From NCBI RefSeq assembly GCF_036365525.1, contig NC_090404.1:10416001-10480000 (forward strand): DNA of 64,000 nucleotides, given 5' to 3'. The DNA comes from Heterodontus francisci. Lineage: Eukaryota. Under the pieces are notes generated by a model. That model ran no database searches. It was given only the letters and a program-made list of their open reading frames with translations, and was not told the DNA's origin. This document shows, piece after piece, positions 38,058-51,185 of this stretch (its first letter is position 1; each line of letters opens with the position of its first letter). The translations under genes were made by a program, and so were the position numbers.

Positions 38058-38868
38058 ATAAATTGAGAATCCAAATGTTTCACAGACAGGATTCCATTCA
38101 CGTCCTGACGCCACTGGATGGCGCCCCAGCACCTCATGTTTGGCCAAATGTTGCCGAGCCGGCAGTTTAATGGTTTCACTGGTGACCGCTGGAGATTTTC
38201 AGGAAATACTTCTGTGCGGCAGCACCGCACATGGCGGGTGTATTTACAGCGAGAGTTAATTACAGGTGGTGCGACATTGCTCACTGAGGCAGTGAACTGT
38301 TAGAATCATTGTTTTCATTAATCCAGTGTCACTGCATAGTCTGCAGAAGAAGAATGACGATTCTTCTGTTCGAAACGGTACTTCAATGTCTCACAAACAG
38401 AGAGACAGGCAGACAATTATATCAATTGTTTGTGACCGGATATTATTTTATTATTGATGACAAATTGAAATTATCTGCAGTCCACAAGAGTCAGATTGAC
38501 AAAACGTTCTGTCAGAGAATTAAATATTTTCACCTCACTCTGTGTAAATAATATTTCATGCATTTGAACAGCGATGACACTTGAAAAGTATTTGCTTGGC
38601 TTCAAGACGCTTTGGGACGTCCCGAGGCCGTGAAAGGCGCTGCAGAAATTAAAAATCTCCCCTTTCTATTATAAAAAAGCATTTTCTTTCGTGTGATATA
38701 TCACACTAGAGGTTACATTTATTGTCCTCCTGCTTCCACGGGGACCAGTAAAGCTTCTGCTTCCCATTTCTTTGGTTTAATCCGTCTTTGTTTGATGAGC
38801 AGTCACCACCTCCTGAGATGTTCTGGATTCGGTTTCTAATCTGCTCAGAAATTCTCTCACTCAACAGC
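38058..38868 (+). repeat. About 810-bp non-coding block, diverged direct copy of 56508-57330
   Basis: Colinear similarity throughout (gagaatccaaatgtttcacag.caggattccatt..gacgccactggatggcgc..ggggaccagta). Confidence 0.8.
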
Positions 38869-38869
38869 A

Positions 38870-40630
38870 AAGATCTTATAATAGACGAGACTGGATGCCA
38901 GTTCTTAAGCAAGTGGAAATCGCCCCTCTTTGGCAACAGGACGATGACTGCCCTGTGCTACGAGAGGGGCATCTTTCCGGTTGCCAGGCTTTCCCCTCGG
39001 ATCCATTCATAGTCACACCCCCACCCCCTAGCACGTCCCTGAATGCCCTGAGGAACTCCACGGTCAGCCCGTCCTGCCCCAGGGATTTTCCCCTCGAGAG
39101 CTGGTGAAGGGTGCTCGTCAGCTCCGTCAATGTGAGCAGAGCCTCCAATCCTTCGGCTTCCTCTGGGCTGGCCTTCAGCAGTTCCTCCCAAAAAAATCTG
39201 TATGCATCCTTGCTGGCCGGATCCAGGGAGAACAACGTGCCATAATAAGTATGGACCAAAAGGCCCATTCCCTCCGGAGCCGTGACAAAGGTCGTGTCAT
39301 TGGCCAGCAGCTCGATGAGCTGCTTACGGACCCACCGCCATTTTTCCAGCGAGTAGAAGAAGGGTGAGGCACAGCCCAAATCTTCCTGGATCTGGATCCA
39401 CGACCTCATATACGTGCATCAGGACCCTACCTGCTGCAGGTTGCTCATCGCGCCCTTCTTCTCTTGGTAAGCCTGCCACAGGGCCGGGTCCATGATGGCC
39501 TGATCGAGACAGGGCTCCAGGTCGAGTAACCCCCTTTCCTGGCACCCGATCTCGGCCTCCCGTCTCTTGGTCGACCCCTTCACGTACCCCTGACAGAAGA
39601 GATGAATGTGAATCTTGCCCACATCCCACATCCCTCAAGGAGGATAAAACCCCTTGCATCCTTCCCCAGTCATCCCATAATCGATGGAACGAGTCCTGGA
39701 ATCGCTTGTCCTCCAGCAGCCGGTTGGTAAAGTGGCAGTATGCGGACCCCGCCCACGTGCGGAGCGGTGTGAACTCCGCCCACACAAGGTGATGGTCCGA
39801 GCGTGGCACCAGCCGCATGGAGGCCGCCGAGATGCAGGAGACCTAAACCTGCAAAATGTAGTGGTGGTCGATTTGGGACCCTCCTCGTCCAGACCTCAAC
39901 GCGAAGGCACTGGAGTCGGGATGGACATTCCGCCAGATGTCCACCAAGTCGAGGGAGCTAATCAGTTCCCTCAACTACTCCACTGACGCTTGGCTGCGCT
40001 GGGGACCGGGGCCTCACCTCGAGGGTACAATTAAAACCACGGCCTCGAGAACCCCGTGAGCGGTGGTTGTTGTAGGTATAGGGGGAGTTGGGGTAGGTGC
40101 AGTGGCACCACCCTTGGCCACCGAGTTGGAGTTGCTGGCCCAGAGCTTGGGGCAGCTCTTCCGAGCATGCCCCATCCCTAACAGGAATGACACCACGCCC
40201 GGTGGTGTAGAAAACATGGTAGGCCTGACCCTTCAGCTCGACTCTAAATTGGCCTTCTGTGACCTCCTCCCGCGTCAGCTGCATAAATAAATGGCGGCAG
40301 AAGGAGTACACATGCCGGAGGAGGTTCTCCCAAAGACTGTTGAATAAAGACTTTCTTCAGCTTGGCGGCTCCTGCCGGCCCGAGCCACGCGGGTGGGATG
40401 GGAAGGGAGCTCCCTTTGTGCAGGATGGAAAAAACACAAGAGCAAATACAGGGGCTCCCTGTAGAATCTGGCATCCCCACCCCTGGATTTTCCGGCTTCT
40501 CCTGCCGCCCCTAACAACCCAAACAGAAACAGTTCTCTGGTGCTCCAATACCCACCTCTGCAAAATAACGTGTAGGTCGATGATTTTGAAGGGTGGTTCC
40601 AATCCCTATTTATTTGAAGGTTGTCAGTGG
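38870..40630 (-). mobile_element. Tx1/L1-clade LINE fragment
   Basis: Endonuclease end (SDHHLV), FFYSLEK, and GKSLGQDGLTVEF RT-linker motifs; frameshifted. Confidence 0.7.
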
Positions 40631-40709
40631 TGCTGGGTAAGAGACAGATGTGAGTTCCAATCTTGTTTGTTTATTTTTGATGAAAGTGGCTGGCAAATCA
40701 TTTACTTAT

Positions 40710-41280
40710 CTCCGTTTCACCTGGAATACTGTGTGCAGTTTTGGTCTCCACATTTAAGAAAGGATATACTTGCACTGGAGGCAGTGCAGTGAAGATTTAT
40801 TAAATTGGTCCCTGGGATGAGGGGTTGTCCTATGATGAGAGGCTGAGTAAATTGGGCCTATATTCTCTGGAGTTTAGAATAATGAGAGGCGATCTAATTG
40901 AGACATAAAAGATTCTGCAAGGGCTTGATAGGGTAGAAGCTGAGACATTGTTCCCACTGGTCAGGGAATCTAGAACACAGGGACACAGTCTCAGGATAAG
41001 GGGTCAATCATTCAGGACTGAGATGAGGAGAAATTACTTCACTCAAAGGGTTGTGAATACTTGGAATTCTCTATCCCAGAGGGTTGTGGATTCTCCATCA
41101 TTGAATACATTTAATTCTGGGATAGATAGAGGTTTGGTCTCGCATGGAAGCAAGGGATATGGGGAGCATGCAGGAAAGTGGAATTGAAGCCCAAGATCCG
41201 ATATGATCGTATTGAATGGCGGAGCAGGTTCAATGGGCTATATGGTCTACTTCTGCTCCTATTTCTTGTGTTCTTGTAAT
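40710..41280 (+). mobile_element. CR1 3' fragment
   Basis: HLEYCVQFWSPHLRKD, RRNYFTQRVVNTWNSL, 3' tail. Confidence 0.85.
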
Positions 41281-42079
41281 GAACCAGTATTTGGTGATGG
41301 CCTCGAGAGGGATTAATTTGCATAGTTATGAGGGAAAAATGAGTTGTAAGATTAAAGTGTAGAGCTCTTTGAGAGCTAACACAGGCATGACGGGCTGAAT
41401 GGCCGAATTCCGTGCGAGAAGATTCTATGATTATACCCGACTCAGCAGAGTTAGTTCTTCCAAATTTAGTGGGAGGAAAGGCTTCAGAAATTTGAACATC
41501 TCTGTAACATATATTTTTATCGCTTGTAATAACGAAAGAGGATTTTTAAAATAAGAGGATCTGAAAGATTTAATACAAATGTTCGGAGACTTAAAGCTTA
41601 TTGCGACTGACATTGATTGCAGGCTAATTGTATCACTTCAAAAGTTTCACAGAAGCTTACTTCAGTGGCTTTGGACCCTCTGCTGTGACCCAGTCCAATA
41701 ACTGCATCTCACCAGAGTTTATCACTGCCTGTTACCTTTTGAAAATACTTGGACGGAATACTGGTTTCAAACACGAGATATCATAATGGTTAGTTGGAGC
41801 TGGAGTCTCGACTTCTCTCTATTTAAATCGCCAAAAGAACTTCCAGCCTCCCATCTGATCAGAACAGACGCTGCTCTCTGGAGTGTTACAGTCATTTCCT
41901 GCAACTGTTTGTTCTGAAAGTGCGCTCAAAATCAGGCCAATCTCATTCAATAATTATCTGATAACATTTTAAATATTATTAATTCATTAAAATTTGGCTA
42001 AGAAAGAATATTAAAATCAGCTAATGTGCGGTGTTTCATCTGGGCAATGGAATAATTTATTTTCATATATCTGGGTCGA

Positions 42080-42525
42080 GAACTCACAACTTATGAGTTA
42101 GATGCAGATTAAGGTTCCTTGAACACTGTGGGGAAACACTCTCAGGTCAGGTACAGGAAAGTTAAGCTATAGAGTAAAGGTCCCCTTGTACGGCCCTGTC
42201 ATGGGCTGTAAGATCAGACATCGCAAGTGTTATAGTCTGTGGAAAGCCACCTCTACACTGCACTGTCACTCTGGGTCAGGTACAGCACAAGTTTAATATA
42301 AAATAAAGTTCCCTCTACGCTCGCCCATCAAATAAATCCAGGACAGGTTCACCCTGGTTCAGAGACAAAGTAATTTCTCCCTCTACACTGTCCCCATCAA
42401 ACGGTCCCAGCACAGTTACAGTATGGATTAAATATGCAGTAACGCTTCCTCTACATTGCCGAATCAAACATTCGCAAGGGAGGTACATTACTGATTACAA
42501 ACGGACCAAATCTCCTTCTACAGTC
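42080..42525 (-). repeat. Degenerate about 60-bp minisatellite (same family as 61290-61580)
   Basis: Recurring tttgatgggacagtgtagaggga..tttactct motif in both places. Confidence 0.65.
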
Positions 42526-45027
42526 TGTCTCTCCTGTCTCTGAACTGTTATTTCTGATTGTCACAGACTGGAATACTGCTCTTATTGCTGAGGCGCCTCA
42601 TCAAACTTAAAGTCAAAATTGTTGTTTTCTCACAGATGCATGTTTCTTAAATAAATGGATCAAGTTGCACTCTTTGAAATGCAGGAGAGCGAACGAAACT
42701 GTTTACAACCTGTGGGGAGGAGTCCTCGTCCCGACACAGTGAGCAGGCGCACAGAAACAGAACAGACACAAACGGTGCAACAATCGGGCTCTAAGCAGAT
42801 AGATCTGTTCAATCTGTCAATTTCAATGAAGCTGTTTGATTCTAATTGATCAATTGTTAAATTGGGACCATTCCAAGTATGTGAACTTTTTGAAATTAAA
42901 CTGATATTCATTTCAAAAACTCCTTTCGACGTCCAGCTGTTTCTCCCTGTCTGTTTGCAATCTTAAAAACATGTAAGATATAGTTTCCCTTGAAATGCAT
43001 CCATCATGCATTTACATTCAGAGGAATTTTATGCCCGGAACAGGAACTCAGTGACAGAGTAAGCATTTAGAAAACCAGGCGACGTTTACCTAGCAAACAG
43101 ATTACCTACTGGTTTGATGCAAATTCATAATTAAATATTAACCAAAAAATTAATTGAAGCAAAACACAGTTAATTCATTAAAATCTGTGGTGACACCTTA
43201 TCGAGCTGAGAACAGCTGAGTAAGAAATGTATTGTTCTCTAAATTATTTTTAGACATAATTCAAAATTTTCTCCGACACTTGAGATTTTGCACTCATTGG
43301 AATCCAGGCAAGTATACTACTCAATTGTGGGCGGTCATTTATGTTTAATGAATTGGCACTGTTATATTCTAGGTTAATATTCATGTTAGCTGATTTTATA
43401 CAATGTTTTTAAAGAATAGTTACCATTATTTCAAGACCAGTTTCTGCTGGGCACCTTATGAATTAATGGGGTTTTAATTAAATTATTATGACCCTTAATC
43501 AATATTACATAATAAACGTCATATTAATAGATGAAAACATTTAGATAAATATATTACTTTTACTTCAATCGAATCACAATTCAATAATTTAAAATGAGTA
43601 ATAATTTCGACTCCCGTCCTGCTTTCTATCCACAAACTTGTAAACATGTATCTGAATGTGTTGATATATCATAAACTCCGTCTATTCTCAGCGAGTATTT
43701 CATATGATGGATTTAAGAGTGGAATATTTTAAATAATTCCAAGCCTGGCCGGGGTCACATCTCACTAACTATCCATGAGCTGCAACAGCGCCTGTTTGTG
43801 AAAGCAGTACTTTCGTGTGTAAATATTGTCATAAAACTTAACTATATAAGAAAAAATTTAAAAACATCCGGGCAGTTTGCGATCAGTAACTGTGCTGCCA
43901 CTATTTAATCACACAGTGTTTTTATATTTTACTCCGGGATTTCACACAATCCCTGTTAATTAATTGTTAAATAGATGCTAAATAGGCTTCAAAGTTATCA
44001 CTGTAAAATTGGACGAGAATATTTCTCTCAGATCATCTGCGACATTTGAAACGTAATGAACAAATTTAGCCGAGATTTTGTTGATCAGTTTAATATTTGA
44101 TAACAATTAATCATAACTCAGGTATAATCTGTTCTTTGCCTATAATCGTACCCTGTGTGCAGCACAGCTGTGGGTGATAGGATGTTATTATTGAGTTAAA
44201 AAAATAACATTAACCTTTTGTAAATAATTGAATTTGCTTTAATTTCAAGGTGTTATTTCACTGTCTTTCGCCTTACACAGTCTGCAAGTTTCTTCAATTT
44301 AAATAAAACCATATGGACAATTTTTTGATTACCAGCGACTTCTTGTCTCAGGAAAATGGTTAATATTAGATTAGTGATAATTATCTCACTATCCAACAAC
44401 AAATGACATTGAAGGAAGAACATGGTTTGGGCTTCACACAAAGAATGTAATAACCGGACAGATATATTACACTGACAAACTGCAATTTACAACTCCTATT
44501 GAAGTTATAAATAATACAAGCTGTCATTCATCTGTTTTAATCATGAATATGACAATTAGTTCAAAGGCGCTCTTCAAACTGAACAGAGAGCTGGAATAAG
44601 TGCCCTCTTATTGAAATAATTTCAAGCATAATTAAAAATTGTCTCCAGCCCATGAAATTTTCTGGTCACGATAATTGTGCACATGGCACACCAGAATTGT
44701 GAAAGGCGATTAACGAATAATAAATCGATGTTAATATTAAAGCATATTTGGTTTAAATGAGGAGATATTGCCGCATTATAACTGTTTGAATTACATTAAC
44801 TTAACTCTACAATCTGCAAACTTGCTACTTATGCAGTTTGTAATTGCAGTAACATTCCACGCAAAGAAGGTTGCAAACCATGGCTCAGTAGTTTAATCTG
44901 CAATTATCACTTAAATTTAGAAAATGCCTTGAAATATCTTAAAAGGTTTTTTTCCCCTCATTTCTGAAACCTGCCAGTTTTCCGTCTTTCAAACAGTTTT
45001 AGACACGTAGAATGTTTCCATTCCAGA

Positions 45028-45896
45028 CACCGAGGAATCTGTCAGTTCCGATTTAGACACTTTCAGTGGGACGGTTCGGCTCGATTCATTCAACTTCGCT
45101 GAAAAACGGTCCCCAGGAAATCCATCTGTGTTCCCGCTGTATCTGTTTCTCTGCAGCAGATACTTCACGGATCCGCTGGGATACTGACGCTACCAGAATA
45201 GGTCAGGGTTGTTGCTTGTACTTGTATAATTACAGTGCAACTGAACATCATCTCCTTCCCTCACTGTGGTTGCAGCCGGTGTCTGTGAAACGGAGTCTCC
45301 TCGCCAATGTCCTGCAAGAGCCCAGATCAATATTAAATTAAACAATGTCACTTCAGTGTATCTATCCCCATAATGAGTCGGTCAGCACCAACACTGAGCT
45401 GAGAATTAAATCAGGACAGTTAAACCCAAATACATTCCTCACAGCTCGGAGGCTGAAACAGGGAGGTGCTTCTATCAATGAATCTTCAGTTTCTTCCAGC
45501 GGGATCAGACACTCACCTTCACCTCCTGTGATGTGTATGTGAAACTCCACACGGTCTTTGGGTTAATTATTAGTGTGTGTGTCAAAGTAAATCATTGGAT
45601 CCAGCCTGGTGGGGTCGGTCTGTTGCTCATCGCCTGAAATCTCACCTCAACTCTTCAGCTTTCATCCACTGGGGTAAGTTGTCCTGTTTCCCAAACACTG
45701 TCCAGTGTTGAGACAAGGTGGATCCGGATAGTTTTCTTCACTTCGGATCAATTTACTGACATTCCTGTGTTCAGTGAACTGACCGATTCAATCCAATGTA
45801 TGCTACAGATGTGAAACACAGAGTTGACTGACTTGTGAACTTACCGGTTAACAGAGCTGCAGCTGTAAGGATTAAATAGACCGTAACAGCCAACAT
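45028..45896 (-). pseudogene. TCR alpha/delta-like V pseudogene (putative leader 45896-45845, V exon from 45311)
   Basis: Leader MLAVTVYLILTAAALLT + GTAAGT; exon GDSVSQTPAATTVREGDDVQLHCNY..LFW*RQYP..RFSAKL..ELTDSSV has an in-frame TAG, no YYC and no RSS. Confidence 0.82.
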
Positions 45897-45994
45897 GTTC
45901 GCAGATAGATGATGGCGGATTTGAAAAGGACGAGTTATCCCTAAAATTGTTTTTAACCAAGAGATGGGAACACGTTGCAAAACATCCGGCCTCT

Positions 45995-46097
45995 GCCGAT
46001 TGGTTCGTTCTTGACTGAGCCACCGGCTGCCCTCCAATCAGCTCACAGTGCCCTCCAATCAGCTCACAGTTCTTTTGGTCTCCGATTCGTGACGTCA
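45995..46097. promoter_or_regulatory. V promoter-like cluster: CCAAT boxes and palindromic CRE TGACGTCA (46090-46097)
   Basis: Three CCAAT/ATTGG motifs and a perfect CRE 100-200 bp upstream of the leader ATG at 45896. Confidence 0.5.
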
Positions 46098-46467
46098 AGG
46101 CGGGCAGCAGGGAACCGAGAAATGCCGGGAATAAACCCAATATTGACCCTTTAACAGGGTCAGTCTGTGAGCTGGGAGCAGCGAAGGGAAATATTTAATC
46201 TTGTCCCAGTGTCAGTGCCGGAGGCTCCCATTAAAATTCTCCTCACGGGCCATTGGAACTACCACAGTCAATATAAAGGAGGTTATCTCACAGAATTACT
46301 TCGAGACTACAGGAGAGAAACAGGCCTTTCAGCCAAACTGATCTTTATACTTTGGTTTGTGTTCTATTATCAGATCGCAATCCAGGTCCCAGATCTGATT
46401 CAGTGAAAGGAGGTGAGAGTCCTTTGCGGATTTTTATACGGACTGACTGGGCCTCTGTAACAGTTTG

Positions 46468-46904
46468 GGGCTCAGCGCACAGTGATATACGGCAGAGTCA
46501 GAGACGGGAACCCTGGCGACTTTTAAAGGAACCGTTTTCTTGATTTTGTCCAAATCAACTGAGAACCGATTTGGGAAATCTGGAGGTTTATCACCCTGTC
46601 CTGTGCTGTATTTCCTCAGTAAATATCCCAGAGCTTCCTCGGGATACTGGATGCACCTGTAGTGGTGGGGCAAGCTTTCATATGTGGAGTAACTGCAGTT
46701 CACTGTTATGGTCAGTCCTTCCTGAAACGTTAACTCAGGCGGATCCTGGGACACTGAGTTTTGCCACTCGTTCCTATAACAAAGAACAGAATGTATCAAA
46801 AGTCTGTGAGTAAACATACCCAATAGAACAAAATCTGTCCATTTAAACATCGACTCACCGAGCATCAAAACCATTATTATCAGTAAGGAACATAAGGAGA
46901 AAAT
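46468..46904 (-). pseudogene. TCR alpha/delta-like V pseudogene (paralog of 54598-55034)
   Basis: Leader ATG changed to ATT (46904), 1-nt deletion early in the V exon (starts 46773), conserved Trp replaced (HYRCIQYP), heptamer CAAACTG 46467-46461. Confidence 0.85.
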
Positions 46905-47144
46905 GGTGGCTGGTTTAGAGTTCCACAGCAAAATAACAGAATGTTTCAAATATGTTGACGCTCCTGCCCTTACTAAAGAGCAAAGTCAGACCCTGGAATA
47001 CTTCACTTATTGGGGTGTTTCTCAGGAACGGGATTGGCTGATCGCTGAGAACTGACATTAACTGTGAAACAATCAGTGTTATTTGTGTCCAATTAATGCA
47101 TGAACTCTCAAAATTCTTTTGTAGCCATTCCGTATGAGTCTTTT

Positions 47145-47158
47145 CCTCTCTCTCTCGA

Positions 47159-47196
<38 letters not shown>

Positions 47197-47225
47197 TATA
47201 CACACACACAAACACACACATATAT
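47145..47225 (+). repeat. (CT)n / (CA)n microsatellite
   Basis: Direct reading. Confidence 0.9.
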
Positions 47226-47979
47226 CTGTTTAATTCACAATAACTATCCCTGTCGTGGTCTCTCTCGCTCTCTTTCGGTCTCCTTCTTTGACTTTTCCTC
47301 TCTCATTCTCTCTCTCTCTCTCTCTCTGCCTCATCCTCTATTGCCCGATCTCGCTTTCTCCCACTTTATCTTTCCCTCTCGTCCTCCTTCGTTCTTTCAC
47401 TGTCATTCTCTCATTTAGTTATAATGTGAAGAAATTCCTGCACTAAATATGCCTTATTAATAATTTCAGTCCTAGGAATATGAGAAACAAGACACACGCA
47501 GTGAGGAATAGCAAAAGTACACACATCGATTGATATATTTGGAGGCTATTCGCGTATATTCAGATGTGACTTTGAGATGAAAAATCTTTAACAATTGGTC
47601 AGGTATTGTCCTCCTGTGTCCAGTACAAGCAGCTCCCATAATATTGGAAGCAAAAATATGACTACAGGTACCCGCATGCAGGCACATACAGACACACACA
47701 CAGACGAATACACACAGACAAATACGTAGACATACAGACAGCAACTTTCAGACGCATGCACTCAAACATGCTCATTAAAAATAAAACACAACATCCATTT
47801 GAAATTAATGCCTTTATTTCCGAATCCTTTTCTGTAATCACTTGTACTAAATACAGTAACTAAACGATGTTCTCCGTCTTTAGTTCTCCCCACACGGATA
47901 CCAATAAAGTGAGCATATCTACCTAATGCCATCTGGTGGAGACCACATGTAACTACAAGGTACATCAGGTCACAGATTC

Positions 47980-48550
47980 ATAGAATCACTGAATTGCTGC
48001 AGCACAGAAGGAGGCCTTTCGGCCCATCTTGCCTGCTCCCCGATGGAGCAATGCACCCAGTTCCATCCCACGCCTCTCCCCGTAACCCTTCCTTTTCAGA
48101 TAACAATCCAATTCCCTCTTGAATGCCTCAATTCAACATGCCTCCACAATACTCCCAGCCAGTGCATTCCAGATCCTAACCACTCGCTGCCTGAATAAAG
48201 TTTTTCCTCATCTCTCTATTGCTTCTTCGGCCAATTACCTTAAATAGTTCTCGATCCCTCTACCAATGGAAAGGGTTTACCCTATCTACTCTGTACAGAC
48301 CCCTCATGATTTTGAATACCTCTATCAAATCTTCTCTCAGCATTCCCTTCTCCAAGGAAAACAGTTCCAACTTCTCCAATCTATCTCCGTAACTGAAGCT
48401 CCTCATCCCTGGAACCATTCTCGTGAATCTTTTTTGCACTCTCTCTAATTCCTTCACATCTTTCCTAAAGTGTGGCACCCAGAACTGGACACAATACTCC
48501 AGTTGAGGCCAAAATAGTGTTTCAGGCAAGCTTAACATAACATCCTTGTT
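47980..48550 (-). mobile_element. CR1 3' fragment
   Basis: ORF 48260-48538 (QLEYCVQFWVPHFRKD..). Confidence 0.85.
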
Positions 48551-48899
48551 CTATACATCCCGTCTTGCTCCAGGTTACATGATCATTAAGAATGAGAGAT
48601 GCCATTCCGCCTATCTTGTCTCATCCATATGGAGAGATCCTAACTGCCGCCCACCATTGTAGATTGCAACTTTTCCATAATTGATCCCAGCGTATTTCCC
48701 TCCATTACCCTATCTGGAAGTTTTGTGTTTTATTTTTCACGTGGGCGTCGCTGGGAAGGCCAGTATTTGTTGCCTATCCTTAATTGCCCTTCACAACTGA
48801 GTGACTTGCAAGGGCACTTCAGAGGGCAGTTAAGAGACAAGAAGATTGCTGTGGGTATGGAGTCACATATAGGTCAGGCCAGGTAAGGACGGTAGATTT

Positions 48900-49096
48900 C
48901 CTTCCCAAATGGATATTGCAACGATCGATTAGTTTCATGGCTACTAGGACTAGCTTTCCATTCCAGATTTTTATCAAGTAATTGAATTTAAATTCCACTA
49001 GCTGCCATGGTGGGATTTGAACCCGTGTCCCTACAGTAGTAGCATGTGCCTCTGGATTACTAGTTCAGTGACATTAGCACTGCGCCACCGTCTCCC
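48900..49096 (-). mobile_element. tRNA-derived SINE
   Basis: A-box TGGCGCAGTG and B-box GGTTCAAATCC on the - strand. Confidence 0.65.
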
Positions 49097-49567
49097 TGTA
49101 TGAAGAATTTCAGATACCAGTCGTTAAATAAGCTTTGATACTTTAAATCCGGCTCCCTAACTTCTACTTCCGCAGTTCAATTGTGATAGTGTTGTGTTTG
49201 AATGCATTAGCAATCTGATACTCCCTCTGGTGTCATTGTAGTCAGACACAGGGTTAAGCTGCTGATTTAAACAGCTCCTGTGTCCATGTCCGTCACCATT
49301 CAGCTTCAGAGGAAGGGAACATTGCGAGAGAAAGTGAGCATCAGAGCATCGTTTTCTACTTCGCCCTATCTTCAGCAACCCCACCCTCAACTTATATTGG
49401 CTGCTTTCGCTCTGATCTACGCTGCTTGCCCTGTGTTATTGGAGAAATTGCTGCTGCTTTTCCCTGTTTTGCATTAGTTGGATCAGAAGTGAAGTGAGGC
49501 GGGAATCTGCATTTCTGCTCTGACAGGGAATTTTCCAGACTGCGGTGTTACAGATTCAGGGAATATC

Positions 49568-49613
49568 ATGTGGAACCGTCTTGCCTCGCTCCTCATCATT
49601 ATATCACTTCTCA
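49568..49613 (+). pseudogene. Orphan V leader exon (MWNRLASLLIIISLL) followed only by a V-like fragment
   Basis: Paralog of leader 51740-51695; donor GTTAGT; only a DGSVTQPQ fragment near 49825 downstream. Confidence 0.65.
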
Positions 49614-49941
49614 GTTAGTATTGCTCTCCCAGTAAAAATCCATTCTCTCCCCGACTACTGTCACCCAGATGGCATTAATGGTTAAAATGACAGGATGGTG
49701 CTGATGCTGCTGGATAAACCACATTCAATTATTCCTCTCATTTCCAGCAAAGCTTGATTCTGAATGTTAAGCACCCTTGGTCCGATCATTGCTAGTTTTG
49801 TCATGATGTTCACGTTTGTGTCATGACGGTTCCGTCACCCAACCGCAGTCCTCAGGAGTTAATACACAGCGGGACGCGATGACTTGTTGAGTGTTGTATT
49901 TTGTCCTACTATAAACTGTGACTCTCAGTTTATCGGTGTGA

Positions 49942-49960
49942 GAGCACCCTCTGCTGGGCA
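49942..49960 (-). promoter_or_regulatory. CTCF-like motif TGCCCAGCAGAGGGTGCTC downstream of RSS
   Basis: Match to the CTCF core consensus CCASYAGRKGGCRS; 21 bp beyond the nonamer. Confidence 0.5.
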
Positions 49961-49981
49961 CTAACTAGAATTGTCAGTGTG

Positions 49982-50405
49982 GGTTTTTGTCCGGGATCCG
50001 CTATATCTCTGCAGCATTTAGGCCATTAGGCCACTGCTGATCGTAAGCTTGGTAATCTTGTTAATTTAATTGAACGGTGGAATGAATGAGTCAGTTCTGG
50101 TTTATTATCCCTCCACACACGACAGGGTGCTGACGGTTCCAGAGCACAGATGGACAAGGGTGGCTTGTTTTCAAGGTACAGTTTAATGTGATAATGCCAT
50201 CCTGTTAAACCGTCATCCCGATGATTCCATTCTACTACACAATAATAATGATTGTCATCATCTCATCATCTATAGCATCATCATCATTTTATCTATACTA
50301 CTATCTGGTTTACAGCAGCCACGGGGAGAATGGATTTCTACTGGGAAGGAAATGCTTACTGAGAAGTGATATAATGATGAGGAGCGGTGAGAGACGGTTC
50401 CCTGT
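49982..50405 (-). pseudogene. Heavily deleted V pseudogene (paralog of 51247-51740)
   Basis: Leader without ATG at about 50360-50405, exon remnants, nonamer ACAAAAACC 49990-49982 and a paralogous spacer; heptamer lost. Confidence 0.72.
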
Positions 50406-51166
50406 GTCTCTAACTCTACAGTTCAGGAAATCCTCCGTCGGAGCAGAATTGCAGATTCCCGGCTCGACTGCATTACTGATCCAACCAATGAAAAAAGTGA
50501 ACAGGGACAGCAATCTCTCCAATAAAACAGGGCAGGCAAGGCAGGACAGATCGACGGGAGCAAACGGAAGCTGTGGGCGGGGGTACTGCAAGCAGTATTG
50601 TCACATTTAGAATCTATTTGTAATGAAAGTAATTCACTAATAAGGCATCTTTCGAACATTATATAACTTTGTCTCTTCTACAGGTGCCGCGTTACTTTCG
50701 TATTCGTTACAAATTGGGGGCGAGCAGGCACGGGACAGGATTATCAGGATTATTATGTTATTCAATAGTGAGCGAAATGTTCATCAGTGAAGTCGGTTAA
50801 AACCAGGGCTGAAACTATGGGTGGCTGGGTTGGAGCGGGGCTGAATTAAGGGACAGAGAAGCAGCATCTTTAAACTGAGGACTGGAAGAAGGAAATATAT
50901 ATAATTATGGGTAAAGAACGGAGACAGTATCTAATAAGAAACAAGTAGGCAGGGAAAGGTCATAAAAACAAAAGTGGAATTAAAAATCACAGATCTATTT
51001 ATAAAGTTATTTTTAATTCAAATGCGAGCTGCAATCACAAACTGATGTAACTGCGCAAGCGGACCTCGCCTGTTCCTGATGAGGTCTGTGTTTCGTTGTA
51101 ATTGTAAGAATCTCCCTTCGAGACTCACTGTGGCGGCTGAAATATTGTTTCTATTCATCGGCATGA

Positions 51167-51185
51167 GAGCGCCCTCTGCCGAACA
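51167..51185 (-). promoter_or_regulatory. CTCF-like motif TGTTCGGCAGAGGGCGCTC downstream of RSS
   Basis: Consensus match; 21 bp beyond the nonamer at 51207. Confidence 0.55.

Noticed and set aside
41680-41800. Possible V relic (SAVTQS..C..YWFQ)
   Set aside because: Needs frameshifts, and there is no leader, YYC or RSS; too weak to call.
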